From: Candidatus Woesearchaeota archaeon
Lineage (GTDB): Archaea > Nanobdellota > Nanobdellia > Woesearchaeales > DSVV01
NCBI GenBank assembly: GCA_016214075.1
Contig: JACRPI010000036.1
Coordinates: 2,376-66,375 of the forward strand
Direction: 5' to 3'
Length of the DNA stretch: 64,000 nucleotides
The position numbers and the translations under genes were made by a program. The notes under the pieces were generated by a model. The model saw only the letters and a program-made list of their open reading frames with translations, ran no database searches and had not been told where the DNA came from. Below are positions 47,795-58,256 of the stretch, in pieces; the stretch's first letter is position 1; each line of letters begins with the position of its first letter.

Positions 47795-49248
47795 GTATTC
47801 CATTTCTTACTTCTTCCAACTGCATCTTTCCATTTGTTGTACAACTTCTCTCTTTTCTCGAAAGGCATCGTAGAAACAAATTCTTTCTCTTGTTGCCAAT
47901 ATTGTTGTATTTCATTCTGATCCTTCCAAAATCCAACAGCAAGTCCCGCTAAAAACGCAGCGCCAAGCGCAGTAGTCTCTCTATTTTTAGGAACAACAAC
48001 CTGTGCATCAAGTATATCTGCTTGAAATTGTAATAAAAAAGAGTTCGCAGCAGCGCCGCCATCTGCTTTCAAAGTAACAACAGAAATCCCTGCTTCTTTT
48101 TGCATTGTTTCCACAATATCTTTTGTTTGATACGCGATGCTTTCGAGTGTTGCCCGTACTATATGCGCAGGAGTAGTGCCGCGAGTCAAACCAATAAGCA
48201 TTCCTCGCGCGTCTGGATCCCAATACGGACAGCCAAGCCCGCTCAGTGCAGGAACAAAATAAACTCCATCATTCTCTTTCAAAGAATCCGCAAGCACTGC
48301 GGTCTCTTCAGCAGAGGTAATAATCTTTAATCCATCCCGCAGCCATTGCACAGCGGCGCCTGCGATAAAGACACTTCCTTCAAGAGCATAAGATGTTTTC
48401 TGATTAATAGTCCATGCAATAGTGGTTAGAAGATTTTGAGAAAGAACAGCTTTCTCTCCAGTATTTAATAGAAGAAAACAACCAGTGCCGTAGGTATTTT
48501 TGAGCTGTCCAGAAGAAAAACAACATTGCCCAAACAATGCTGCTTGTTGGTCACCTGCAATCCCTGCAAAAGGAATTTGTAAACCATCTATTTCCATGTG
48601 TCCATAAATTTCAGATGATTCCTTCACGACAGGGAGCAGTGTTTTATCAACAGAAAAAAGCCGCAATAATTCCTCATCCCATTGTTTTGTGTGAATATTA
48701 AAGAGCATTGTTCGTGACGCGTTGCTCATATCGGTAACATGTACTTTTTCTCGAGTCAAATTCCAGACAAGCCAACTATCTATTGTCCCGCAGAGAAGAT
48801 CTTCTATATTTCCGCCAACATGGTTCAAGATCCATTCTATCTTCGTTGCGCTAAAGTATGGATCACACACAAGCCCTGTTTTTTCTTTGATTATTTTTTC
48901 ATATCCTTCTGTCTTCAATGCATGGCAACGCTCTGTTGTTCTCCGACATTGCCAAACAATTGCCGGATGAACTGGCTTTCCAGTCTTCTTATCCCAAACA
49001 ACAACAGTCTCTCGTTGATTCGTAATGCCGATAGCAGCAATCTCTTTTGGAGAAATAGGTTCAGTTATTTTTCTTATCAATTGCTTCGTTTTAAGAATAA
49101 GCTCTTCAGGATCATGTTCTACCCAACCAGGCTGTGGATAATATTGCTGTAATTCCGCGTACGCTTTTGCAATTACTTCTATTTGCTTATTGATGAGGAG
49201 TACTGTTACTCCCGTCGTACCAGCATCGATAGAAAGAATATAAGACAT
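47785..49248 (-). CDS. glpK: Glycerol kinase (FGGY family)
   Basis: 487 aa. N-terminus MSYILSIDAGTTGVTVLLI, FGGY motifs, GlpK length. Confidence 0.88.
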   Translation of the reverse strand: MSYILSIDAGTTGVTVLLINKQIEVIAKAYAELQQYYPQPGWVEHDPEELILKTKQLIRKITEPISPKEIAAIGITNQRETVVVWDKKTGKPVHPAIVWQCRRTTERCHALKTEGYEKIIKEKTGLVCDPYFSATKIEWILNHVGGNIEDLLCGTIDSWLVWNLTREKVHVTDMSNASRTMLFNIHTKQWDEELLRLFSVDKTLLPVVKESSEIYGHMEIDGLQIPFAGIAGDQQAALFGQCCFSSGQLKNTYGTGCFLLLNTGEKAVLSQNLLTTIAWTINQKTSYALEGSVFIAGAAVQWLRDGLKIITSAEETAVLADSLKENDGVYFVPALSGLGCPYWDPDARGMLIGLTRGTTPAHIVRATLESIAYQTKDIVETMQKEAGISVVTLKADGGAAANSFLLQFQADILDAQVVVPKNRETTALGAAFLAGLAVGFWKDQNEIQQYWQQEKEFVSTMPFEKREKLYNKWKDAVGRSKKWNTHS

Positions 49249-49396
49249 AAGAGAAGGTTTTCTTTAGTGTTTATATTTTTTTATAAGATAAAGAATCACC
49301 AAGGAAAAGTCCTACAACACAATTCATCCTTTATCGAAGTATAAAAAAGACACAGAAATTCAGAAGCGAGCATGACAAAGAGAAAAAGGAGAATAA

Positions 49397-50047
49397 CTAA
49401 AGATACCGTTTCTTAATATACAGACTCAGCCCAAACAACACAACAAGAAACAACAGAGTAACACCCAAAATAGACAAGAAGAATGTCAAAAAGAATTGTT
49501 CCGGAAATAAATGAATAAGTTGATCAGTTGCAGGATCCATGAGCCAAGAATCATTGGTAAAAGCAAATCGATGAAAGATCGTAAAAGAGTCTGTAAAGAA
49601 GAAAGAAAGGAAGACAAAGAACACAAGAATCAAAAAACAGAACATGCACGTAGAAAAGAAGAGATCATAGAGAAAGAATTTGAAATCCTTCTTAACAAAC
49701 GTAAAAAAATAAAACACCAGCAAAATAAAAGTAAGCGACACTGCAAAATACAGCGCTTCGACAAACAAAAGAATGTTTCGAACATCCACCATGTGCAGAA
49801 TATCCCGTTCTGAATAATACTGGGAGGAAAGCGCTGCGCCATCTTTCATGTATGCCCAAAGAAGCCGCGTCATTTCCCATGTCTGTTCATAACCAAGTTC
49901 ATCATAAACACCATTGTGAACATACTGATTATCATAAAACCGAGGATTATAGAGAAATAGGTAAAAACTAGACAAAAACAAAAACAACGTCAGCGCAACA
50001 ACAGCAAGGGACAAAAGAACGCGATTCGAACGACTCAGATACTCCAT
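49397..50047 (-). CDS. Hypothetical polytopic membrane protein
   Basis: 216 aa, at least 5 TM segments. Confidence 0.45.
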   Translation of the reverse strand: MEYLSRSNRVLLSLAVVALTLFLFLSSFYLFLYNPRFYDNQYVHNGVYDELGYEQTWEMTRLLWAYMKDGAALSSQYYSERDILHMVDVRNILLFVEALYFAVSLTFILLVFYFFTFVKKDFKFFLYDLFFSTCMFCFLILVFFVFLSFFFTDSFTIFHRFAFTNDSWLMDPATDQLIHLFPEQFFLTFFLSILGVTLLFLVVLFGLSLYIKKRYL

Positions 50048-50065
50048 AGTAAAGTAAAAAACACC

Positions 50066-51838
50066 TCAACTATAATAAAGCTTTCCTGCTGCTTTCTGTT
50101 CTCGATCTTTGTAAGAATCTTTTTTGTTAATGCGCGGTCGATGGCTAAACTCATCTCGTCGAAGAGAAATCCCTAAATGAGAAAGCAAGGTATTCATCCC
50201 TTGTTCCATCGAAAATGGTCCAGCTGCTTCTCCTGCGACAGCAGGCTGGCCAGAAAACACGAGTAATTTGTCAGAGACATAATCAAGGAACAGCAGATCG
50301 TGGTCAACAACAAGAACAGAAACCCCTTTCATCTCCACAAAATAGCGAATCACTTTAGAGACAGCAAGGCGCTGTTCAACGTCAAGATACGCAGAAGGCT
50401 CATCCAACAAGACAAGATGTGCTTTTTTACTGAGCGCAGCTGCAATCGCAACACGCTGTAATTCTCCTCCGCTGAGTTCATTGAGTTGCTTTGAAAACAA
50501 CGGAATGAGATCAAGGGGCTTAATGATTTCCTGCGTATAGTTGGAGATCGCCTCAGCTAATACCTGCTGGACAAGATCATCAGAAGTACTATCAAGATAT
50601 TGTGGTTTGTAGGAAACAGTCACTGCGGTATCAACCTGTCCAGCGTCTGGAGCAAGGACACCCGCAAGCATTTTAACAAAAGTGGTTTTTCCAATACCGT
50701 TCTCTCCTAAAATTCCGACAACAAGGTGTCTATGTAACTCCCCTGCGTGAGCAACCAGAGAAAATCCGCCTTGCTTTTTCGTAAGTGTTGGCCATGACGT
50801 TAAAACAGAGCGAGTGGTAATATCAAGCGGCGCTTTCACATCAAATTGAATTTTTGAATCACGGAACCGAACGTTTTCGCCAGGAAGATGACCCGAGAGG
50901 TAAATGTTGATTCCTTCTTTGGAAGAGGTCGGCTGACTCACCACCCCAAAACTTCCTTCTTTTCCATACATGATGTGGAGAAGGTCGGTCATATAATCCA
51001 GAGAAATAAGATCGTGTTCAATAACAAGAACAGAATTTTGTGATTTCACTGGATCAGTAGGATCAACAAGAGATCGAATAATTTCCGCAACCTTGAGGCG
51101 CTGTTTGATATCAAGATACGACGTTGGTTCATCAAAGATATAGAGATTCGCTTTTTTCAAAAGCGTTGCTGCGATAGCGATGCGCTGTAATTCGCCGCCA
51201 GAGACTTTGTCAATCGGCGTGTCAAGAAAGTGACCAAGAGAAAGAGAAGTAACAACATCCTGCAATTTTCCTGTTTCATTAACTTTGTCTAATAATTGCC
51301 GAACAGTTCCTTGAAATGATTTTGGAATAAGGTCAACAGCTTGCGGTTTATAGGCAACTTTAATCGCTCCTGCTTTCACTTGTTCAAAAAAGCGCTGCGC
51401 TTCTGTGCCTTTGAAATAATTGACAATATCTTCGTGCGTCGCGTCATGATCCAAACCCAAATTTGGTTTATGAACGCCTGCTAAAATTTTGAGTGCGGTA
51501 CTTTTTCCAATCCCGTTCTTCCCAAGGATTCCTACAATTTTCCCAGGAATAGGGACAGGAAGAGAAAAAAGGACAAATTTGTTTTCGCCGTAGCGATGAA
51601 TAGGTTGTTGATTGAACGCTTCAGGAAGATTAATGATATCAATCGCGTCAAAAGGACATTTGTGCACACAGATCATGCACCCAATGCAGAGTTCTTCGCT
51701 AATCCCTGCTTTGCCATCTTCCGCTTTATGAATGCAATCCTCTCCTTTGCGGTTGATAGGGCAGTATCTAATGCAGAGAAAGTTCCCGCAGCCTTCAGGG
51801 TTGCAGCGGTCTTTTCGAATGATTGCGATACGTTTCAT
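50066..51838 (-). CDS. abcE1: ABCE1 / RNase L inhibitor (ribosome recycling factor)
   Basis: 590 aa. N-terminal double 4Fe-4S ferredoxin (CNPEGCGNFLCIRYCP; CIGCMICVHKCP) followed by two ABC NBDs. Confidence 0.92.
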   Translation of the reverse strand: MKRIAIIRKDRCNPEGCGNFLCIRYCPINRKGEDCIHKAEDGKAGISEELCIGCMICVHKCPFDAIDIINLPEAFNQQPIHRYGENKFVLFSLPVPIPGKIVGILGKNGIGKSTALKILAGVHKPNLGLDHDATHEDIVNYFKGTEAQRFFEQVKAGAIKVAYKPQAVDLIPKSFQGTVRQLLDKVNETGKLQDVVTSLSLGHFLDTPIDKVSGGELQRIAIAATLLKKANLYIFDEPTSYLDIKQRLKVAEIIRSLVDPTDPVKSQNSVLVIEHDLISLDYMTDLLHIMYGKEGSFGVVSQPTSSKEGINIYLSGHLPGENVRFRDSKIQFDVKAPLDITTRSVLTSWPTLTKKQGGFSLVAHAGELHRHLVVGILGENGIGKTTFVKMLAGVLAPDAGQVDTAVTVSYKPQYLDSTSDDLVQQVLAEAISNYTQEIIKPLDLIPLFSKQLNELSGGELQRVAIAAALSKKAHLVLLDEPSAYLDVEQRLAVSKVIRYFVEMKGVSVLVVDHDLLFLDYVSDKLLVFSGQPAVAGEAAGPFSMEQGMNTLLSHLGISLRRDEFSHRPRINKKDSYKDREQKAAGKLYYS

Positions 51839-51928
51839 GAAGTTTGAAAAATGAAGGTTTGTATATAAATGTTACTTGAACTTCGTGAGAGTATTTGAGA
51901 TAGACAAAAAATAAAGAATGAAATAAGA

Positions 51929-52345
51929 TTAATTATAATAAATAAGAAGGATAAGAGCAATATTATCTGGACCTTTAATTACTAAACGACAACCTGAATC
52001 AATTTTTACTTTTTTATGTTGTATTTTTATGTGTAGCTGAAAAATATCTTCTATACCTGGAGGCAGATAATATGTTCCATTAGTACTATGATCAGTATAA
52101 AAAAGAGAACGCTTGGAAGTGGAGAATATGCCTAATATTTTTTCATGCTCAAATTGTAAATGTCCATGGTTGTTACTTACAAAAGGATAGTTGATAAAAA
52201 CATCATTTGCTTTTGCTCTTCCAAGGGTAATGATTTCATCAGTAACCTCAGGAAATGTAAAAGAAGGACTTCCATATAAATGACCATATGATTGGATCTT
52301 ATTATTGTGATTAATATATACTGCAATTCTAATTTCATTAGTCAT
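51929..52345 (-). CDS. FHA domain protein
   Basis: 138 aa. ITLGRAKANDVFINYPFVSNNHGHLQ...YTDHSTNGTYY matches FHA core motifs (GR, SxxH, NGT). Confidence 0.6.
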   Translation of the reverse strand: MTNEIRIAVYINHNNKIQSYGHLYGSPSFTFPEVTDEIITLGRAKANDVFINYPFVSNNHGHLQFEHEKILGIFSTSKRSLFYTDHSTNGTYYLPPGIEDIFQLHIKIQHKKVKIDSGCRLVIKGPDNIALILLIYYN

Positions 52346-52360
52346 GAGTAATCACAATGC

Positions 52361-53440
52361 CTACCGCGTCACTTCAAACCCTTTAATCTCTTCATACATC
52401 TTCATAATTTTTTTGTCATCATGCAATTTCTTACGTACAGGTTCTAACAACAAATTCAAATTCTCCGCGACAGCGTTCTTCAAATCCATAGGATGCAACG
52501 CGCCAGAAGCATAAATCTCTTCCAATGCAGAATAGCTGCCAATCGTCAAATTGCCCCCAAACTTCTCTGGTCGTTTGATCGCAATGGAGTCAACTTTTTC
52601 AAAAATAATGTATTTGCAGTATTCGAGCATAGGATTTTCAACAATTTTCTTTTCAGGACAATACGCCTTGCGAATCTTTCGTTCCACATCTTCCTTCGAA
52701 TCAAGCATAAAAATCGCAGTGTCTGGTTTTGACTTAGACATCTTAAGAGCAATGCCGCGTTCAGCGCCTTCAAGTCCTTCTTTTGGCGGCTCCCCAAGAC
52801 CCATGAGCATATGATGACTAACAATAACAGGTTTCCAGAATCCAAGCTTCTCACCAACCTCGCGAGCAAGAACATTGACTTTCCGTTGATCCATGCCGAG
52901 CTGGCAAATATCAGCGCCTAAGTAGAAAATATCAGCAGTCTGCATACAAGGATAAAATATCTGAGAAGCATAAAGCGCGTCTTTCTCAGAACGCCCCATA
53001 ATTTCCACAGTGCGAAGCATGCGTTGTAATGTGCTCGAGCGCGCGACGTTCATCACCATTTTCCAATAATTCGTGTCTTTTGCAAGATCAGAAGCCCAGA
53101 CAAATTCCACATGCTTCATATCCATATCGCATGCTTTCCACACTTCAATGTAAAATTGACCTACTTTCTGAATTTTCTCAAGATCCCCCCCCATTTTGTT
53201 GTTTGCCCACGCGTGCCAATCAGCAACGAGCATCTTGAATGTGCAGCCAGCGGCAGTCATTTTGTTAATGTTAATAGCGCGTAATAATCCTTGTGCGATA
53301 TGAATGCTTGTTCCGCTCGGTTCAAATCCATCATACGCAACAGGATGTGGTTTTTTCTCAAAGAGTGTTTTCAGTTCATCATCAGTAAGAATTTCTTCAC
53401 CAACACCTTTGACCAAATCAATTTTTTTCTGAATGACCAT
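52361..53440 (-). CDS. tyrS: Tyrosyl-tRNA synthetase, archaeal type
   Basis: 359 aa. AYDGFEPSG..HIAQG (HIGH-like), KMSKSKP, KAYCP, RPEKFGGNLT, LHPMDLKNAVAE closely parallel archaeal TyrRS (M. jannaschii-type). Confidence 0.85.
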   Translation of the reverse strand: MVIQKKIDLVKGVGEEILTDDELKTLFEKKPHPVAYDGFEPSGTSIHIAQGLLRAININKMTAAGCTFKMLVADWHAWANNKMGGDLEKIQKVGQFYIEVWKACDMDMKHVEFVWASDLAKDTNYWKMVMNVARSSTLQRMLRTVEIMGRSEKDALYASQIFYPCMQTADIFYLGADICQLGMDQRKVNVLAREVGEKLGFWKPVIVSHHMLMGLGEPPKEGLEGAERGIALKMSKSKPDTAIFMLDSKEDVERKIRKAYCPEKKIVENPMLEYCKYIIFEKVDSIAIKRPEKFGGNLTIGSYSALEEIYASGALHPMDLKNAVAENLNLLLEPVRKKLHDDKKIMKMYEEIKGFEVTR

Positions 53441-53502
53441 ACAAGCAAGCAGGTCACTCGATTATATAAAGCTTTTTATACCAAGAACACTAGGAAAGAG
53501 CA

Positions 53503-54240
53503 ATGGAACAGCCATTAATTATCTTTGACAAAATCAGCAAGCAGTTTGGAGAAAAAAAAGTAATCAATGATCTCACGCTTTCCATCCACAAAAACGAAAT
53601 TTTTGGGATTATTGGAAAAAGTGGCGCAGGAAAAAGTACCCTGCTAAAAATGTTGATTGGCTTCTATAAAGTAGATGCGGGAAAAATCATCTACCATGGG
53701 AAAAACATTACAAATAACACCGCGTCCATGAAACAAATTGTAGGCTTTTGCACGCAGGAAAATTCTTTTTATCCAGAACTCACCGTGGAAGAAAACCTAA
53801 ACTATTATGGAAGGTTATACGGCTTAGATGGACGGGAATTAAAGAAAAGAAAAGACGAGCTTTTAGAAATTGTTGCATTGAACACAAATAGGTTCTCCCC
53901 CGCAAATACACTTTCAGGAGGAATGAAGCGCAGGTTAGATTTTGCAATTTCACTCATCCATTATCCACAACTCTTAATCCTTGATGAACCCACAACAGGG
54001 CTTGATCCCATTACAGAAAAAGCAATTTGGGATCTTATTAAAGAGCTTTCCGCGAGAGGAATATGTATTCTCGTCATCTCGCACACACTTGATTTTGTGG
54101 AAAAATATTGCAACACAGTGGGTTTTCTTGCGGCGGGAAAAATTATTGTTACTGCGAGTCCTGCTGCGTTGCGAAGAAAATATCCGCATAAAGAAACCTT
54201 TGCAGAAGTCTTTCAAGAAGTGCTTGAGGAGTACGCATAA
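53503..54240 (+). CDS. ABC transporter ATP-binding protein (ABC-2 type)
   Basis: 245 aa. Walker A GKSGAGKST, signature LSGGMKRRL. Confidence 0.88.
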   Translation: MEQPLIIFDKISKQFGEKKVINDLTLSIHKNEIFGIIGKSGAGKSTLLKMLIGFYKVDAGKIIYHGKNITNNTASMKQIVGFCTQENSFYPELTVEENLNYYGRLYGLDGRELKKRKDELLEIVALNTNRFSPANTLSGGMKRRLDFAISLIHYPQLLILDEPTTGLDPITEKAIWDLIKELSARGICILVISHTLDFVEKYCNTVGFLAAGKIIVTASPAALRRKYPHKETFAEVFQEVLEEYA

Positions 54241-56000
54241 TGGGACTGGAAAAACTCTATTTTATCATCCAAAAGAATCTACGATTAGTTTTTAGAAATT
54301 GGATGACCTTCCTCCTTTTAGTTCTCGGTCCAATGCTGCTTATTCTCGTCGTTGGATTTGCGTTTAGTGGCGATGATCTGCATGATATTTCAATAGGAGT
54401 CCATGCGCCAAAAGATGCGGAAATTCAAGAGGTCGTTGATGCGCTTGCGTCAGAAGAAATTTCCATTGTCTACTTTCCAAGAATTGACAACTGTATTCGC
54501 GCGATGAATCATTCCATAATAAATATCTGCGCGGATTTCTCAGAAGATTTTGGAGATGGAGAAGGAAGCATCACGTTTTACTATGACGCGACAAGATACA
54601 ATCTCGTACGATATATTCTTGAATATCTCAAAGAACAAGTTGCGATCACCAGTGAGCAAGTCAGTTTGGAAACTGCGGAACAGATTTTTTCAGACATTGA
54701 TAGTTTCGTCACCGATATGGAAACAGGACAACAACAGGTGCATGACTTAAGAGACAATGCGCTCCTGCTCCAACAAGATCTCATCAGAGCGCATGAAGAA
54801 GTGAAAGCTGCGCAAGACGCGTTTGATCCATCTTATTATAAAATAAAGAGATTGCAAGCACAGCTCAACGCGACAGTGCTGAATTACAGCGAAACGTATG
54901 CGGAAACAGCAAATGTTACCGAAGTTATTGATGACCTTGCTCTTCTTGAAAGCAGCATCAATTCCCTCAATGCAAGCCTCCACTCTGTTGAAGCAGCATT
55001 GACGATGTCAGGAACACAGTATAATAGATCAGTGTTTACAAAAGCGTATGAATCAATGGACAAAGCAGCAAGCGAGCTTGAAAGCACCATTGCCTCTTTA
55101 CACACAACAGAAGATCTGGAAAACCTCACTATGGCACAAACAGTGGATCTTCTAGAACAAATAAATGAAATTGTAGGCTATCTTGATGATGTGCACCAAA
55201 ATCTTGCAGACACAGAACTCCTCCTCAGAAGTCACATAGAAAATATAGACACTGGAGTTACAAATCTCGATGGTCTTTCTGCGTCATTTGACACCTACAT
55301 TGAAACATTTTCTGGAATTAATCAATCAGACGCGGAAAAATTCCTGCACCCATTAACCGCGACGTTTGAACCAATTCCTACAGATGCTGAAGAAAATAAA
55401 ACTGCGATTGTCTTCCCAATCATTCTTGTCTTTATGATGAGCTTCATTTGCATTTTGTTGTCAAACATGCTTGTATTGAACGAAACGCACAGCCCTGCAT
55501 ATTTCAGAAATTTCCTTGTTCCAGCGCCTGCAGTGTTTTTTATCCTTGGAATTTTTATAACAAACCTCATCCTTGTTGGATTCCAGTTAGGAGTATTTTT
55601 TGTCGTTGCGTATCTGAGTTTTGGAGTTTCATTTTTTCTGAATCTTCCAGTATTTTTGAGTGCAGTCTTTATAGGCACCGTGTTCTACATTTTGGTAGGA
55701 ATGTTGTTTGGATATGTCGTGCAAGACAGGCAAACATCATTGCTCTTCAGTCTCTTTTTTTCGTTGATTATGTTTTTCTTTTCGGATGTTATCTTTCCGC
55801 TGGAAATTATGCCCCCTGCGGCTGCGATGATTGCGCAGTTTAGTCCATTGGTATTGTTAGAAGGATTGTTCCGTCAGACCCTTTTCTTTGGTCATGGAAT
55901 CACAGAGCAGTGGTTCGGCTTTACTGCAATAGGGTTGTATAGCGGCGTGTTGGCGTGTTTTGTGATTGCGGCGTATTATTGGAATAGAAGAATGAAATAA
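54240..56000 (+). CDS. ABC-2 family permease with large extracytoplasmic coiled-coil domain (YhgE/Pip-like)
   Basis: 586 aa. N-terminal TM, about 350 aa helical ectodomain, C-terminal multi-TM ABC-2 region. Confidence 0.7.
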   Translation: MGLEKLYFIIQKNLRLVFRNWMTFLLLVLGPMLLILVVGFAFSGDDLHDISIGVHAPKDAEIQEVVDALASEEISIVYFPRIDNCIRAMNHSIINICADFSEDFGDGEGSITFYYDATRYNLVRYILEYLKEQVAITSEQVSLETAEQIFSDIDSFVTDMETGQQQVHDLRDNALLLQQDLIRAHEEVKAAQDAFDPSYYKIKRLQAQLNATVLNYSETYAETANVTEVIDDLALLESSINSLNASLHSVEAALTMSGTQYNRSVFTKAYESMDKAASELESTIASLHTTEDLENLTMAQTVDLLEQINEIVGYLDDVHQNLADTELLLRSHIENIDTGVTNLDGLSASFDTYIETFSGINQSDAEKFLHPLTATFEPIPTDAEENKTAIVFPIILVFMMSFICILLSNMLVLNETHSPAYFRNFLVPAPAVFFILGIFITNLILVGFQLGVFFVVAYLSFGVSFFLNLPVFLSAVFIGTVFYILVGMLFGYVVQDRQTSLLFSLFFSLIMFFFSDVIFPLEIMPPAAAMIAQFSPLVLLEGLFRQTLFFGHGITEQWFGFTAIGLYSGVLACFVIAAYYWNRRMK

Positions 56001-56160
56001 GAGTTGCACACTCAGGAGTTACTTCCGTCAATCATCTCCCGAAGGATCAGCTGGTGTTCACATCATCATCGTGTGCAAGAGAGAGTCTTGTTCTAATGTT
56101 TATAAATTTTTGTTGGGAGTTTAGATATATTTATTAGGAACAAAACAAATTCTATCCTCT

Positions 56161-56805
56161 ATGATAAATCTCATTATGAATGCGGATGACCTTGGGATGA
56201 GTAAAATGTTCAATAAATCAATATTGAGTTTAATAAAAGAAGAAAAGATAAACTCAACATCAGTATTAGTAAAGAGGATTACAGAAGAGCAAAAAGAGCA
56301 AGTAAAAGAGCTCATCAATCTCTCCAAAAAAATGAAAGTGAGTATAGGGCTTCACCTCGATTTTGAAAGCACTGATTATAATACGCAAATAAATACACAA
56401 TTTAAGAAGTTCCAACAAATCTTCAATGCTAATCCAAGTCACTTAGATATTCATAAAGCATCAACGTGGAAAGAGAGTATTCCTCTTGTCGCAGAGTTTT
56501 GCAGACAAAAGAAATTGCCTTGTCGTAATAAAGGAGGAACGAGTAAATACTGGAAAACAACAGATGCTCCTGCGTTTCATGGAACAACAGATAATTTTGA
56601 AGATATAGAGAATTGGATAAAAACATTAGAAGAAGGAAAGTGGTATGAAATATTGTTCCATCCTGGAATGTATGATCCTAACTGCAAATCGAGCCTCAAT
56701 AAAGAAAGAGAACTGGATACGAAACATATACACAAACTCCATTCCATATTGAAGAAGTATAACATTAAGTTAGTCAGCTATCATGACGTAGCAACTGCTC
56801 ATTAG
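56161..56805 (+). CDS. YdjC/ChbG-family carbohydrate deacetylase-like protein
   Basis: 214 aa. MNADDLGMS...SVLV...GLHLDF mirrors the YdjC NADDFG...HL.L motif. Confidence 0.6.
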   Translation: MINLIMNADDLGMSKMFNKSILSLIKEEKINSTSVLVKRITEEQKEQVKELINLSKKMKVSIGLHLDFESTDYNTQINTQFKKFQQIFNANPSHLDIHKASTWKESIPLVAEFCRQKKLPCRNKGGTSKYWKTTDAPAFHGTTDNFEDIENWIKTLEEGKWYEILFHPGMYDPNCKSSLNKERELDTKHIHKLHSILKKYNIKLVSYHDVATAH

Positions 56806-56865
56806 AATAATTTTAAGAAGTATGAGAAGGAAGAAAATTTCTGAAAAAATAATTCAAAATAGATT

Positions 56866-56998
56866 GGGGATTCAAAAAGACTGCTGAGCGATTCAAACAG
56901 CAGTAAGGCAATAGTTGCTCAGCAACACACAAGATACGCGCACCAGCAAAAGTAAAAATGTCAGGGAGACCCATTGCGTCAGCAATGGGGTTTTATTG
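56866..56998 (+). ncRNA. Structured sRNA candidate, family S, paralog 2
   Basis: gactgctgagcgattcaaacagcagtaaggcaa...acgcgcaccagcaaaagtaaaaatgtcagggaga + hairpin cccattgcGTCAgcaatggg + ttttattg. Convergent-gene spacer. Confidence 0.35.
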
Positions 56999-57048
56999 AA
57001 ATGTAAAATCAATCAGCAAACGAGAAAATGAAATAAAAGAACAAAAAA

Positions 57049-58191
57049 CTACCCAAACATCATCGCAGCATCTTTTTCTGCAGAGTCTTTCTGAATAACT
57101 TTGTCTGCTGCGTCAAGGAAATCTTTTTCAGAAACACTCGATCTGTTTTCACGAATAGCAAAATACCCTGCTTCTGTGCAAATGGATTGAATCTCGGCGC
57201 CGCTAAGTCCTTCAATTTTTTTATAAAAGACATCATAATTGATTCCTTTGTCAAGAGCCATTTTTTTACTGTGGATTTTGAAAATCTGTGAAACACCTTC
57301 TTTAGAAGGTAAGCCTACTTCAAGTAATCTATCCAAGCGACCTGGGCGAAGAATCGCAGGATCAAGAATATCTTTTCTGTTCGTGCACCCTATAATTTTG
57401 ACATTGCCCAGCGGTTTAAATCCATCAAGTTCTGCAAGCAACTGCATAAACGTGCGCTGAACTTCTCGTTCACCTGAAGTGCCAAGTTCCATACGCCGCG
57501 CAGCAAGCGCGTCAATTTCATCAATGAAAACAATAGAGGGCGCTTTTTCGCGGGCAAGTTCAAAGATCTCTTTGACAAGCTTCGCGCCTTCGCCGATAAA
57601 CTTCTGGACAAGTTCTGAGCCAACAATTTCAATAAAAGTAGAGTTCGTTGATGCGGCGACTGCTTTTGCGAGCAGAGTTTTTCCTGTACCTGGAGGACCA
57701 TGGAGTAAAACTCCTTTTGGAGGTTCAATTCCTATTTTCTTGAACAACGCAGGATTTTTGAGAGGAAGTTCAATCACTTCAATAAGCTCTTGTACTTGTT
57801 TATCAAGACCGCCCACTTCTTCCCATTTTGTGGTAGGCTTATCAATAATAACAAACTTCTCTACATGGAATTTTTTATTGGAAGGAATTTTACGAATAAT
57901 AGTAAGGTTTTTTTGTTCAGCAAGAACAGTATCACCAACGCGAAGATCAGTGCATTGGCTGGAAATGCTGACATAAAATTTGTTGCCATTAGGTGTTTTG
58001 ATAATTGCGCTGTTTTCAAGAAGATCTACAACATCGCAAACCATGAGTGCTGGCTGGCGAAATTTATTCAGTTCATTTTGCAAGTGAGAAACAGTTTCTT
58101 TGAGAATTCTATTTTCCATTTCAAGACGACTGTTATCTGTGGTGTAGCTGTACATCACATTGTCGAGTTGATTATCCACCTGGCTATTCAT
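57049..58191 (-). CDS. pan: Proteasome-activating nucleotidase PAN (AAA+ ATPase)
   Basis: 380 aa. N-terminal coiled coil, OB region, Walker A GPPGTGKT, Walker B, second region of homology, C-terminal HbYX-like end. Confidence 0.88.
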   Translation of the reverse strand: MNSQVDNQLDNVMYSYTTDNSRLEMENRILKETVSHLQNELNKFRQPALMVCDVVDLLENSAIIKTPNGNKFYVSISSQCTDLRVGDTVLAEQKNLTIIRKIPSNKKFHVEKFVIIDKPTTKWEEVGGLDKQVQELIEVIELPLKNPALFKKIGIEPPKGVLLHGPPGTGKTLLAKAVAASTNSTFIEIVGSELVQKFIGEGAKLVKEIFELAREKAPSIVFIDEIDALAARRMELGTSGEREVQRTFMQLLAELDGFKPLGNVKIIGCTNRKDILDPAILRPGRLDRLLEVGLPSKEGVSQIFKIHSKKMALDKGINYDVFYKKIEGLSGAEIQSICTEAGYFAIRENRSSVSEKDFLDAADKVIQKDSAEKDAAMMFG

Positions 58192-58256
58192 AGGAACGAG
58201 TAATCAAGTAACATATATAAACATTGCGCTTCTTTCCGCCGGAGATAAGACACAAA

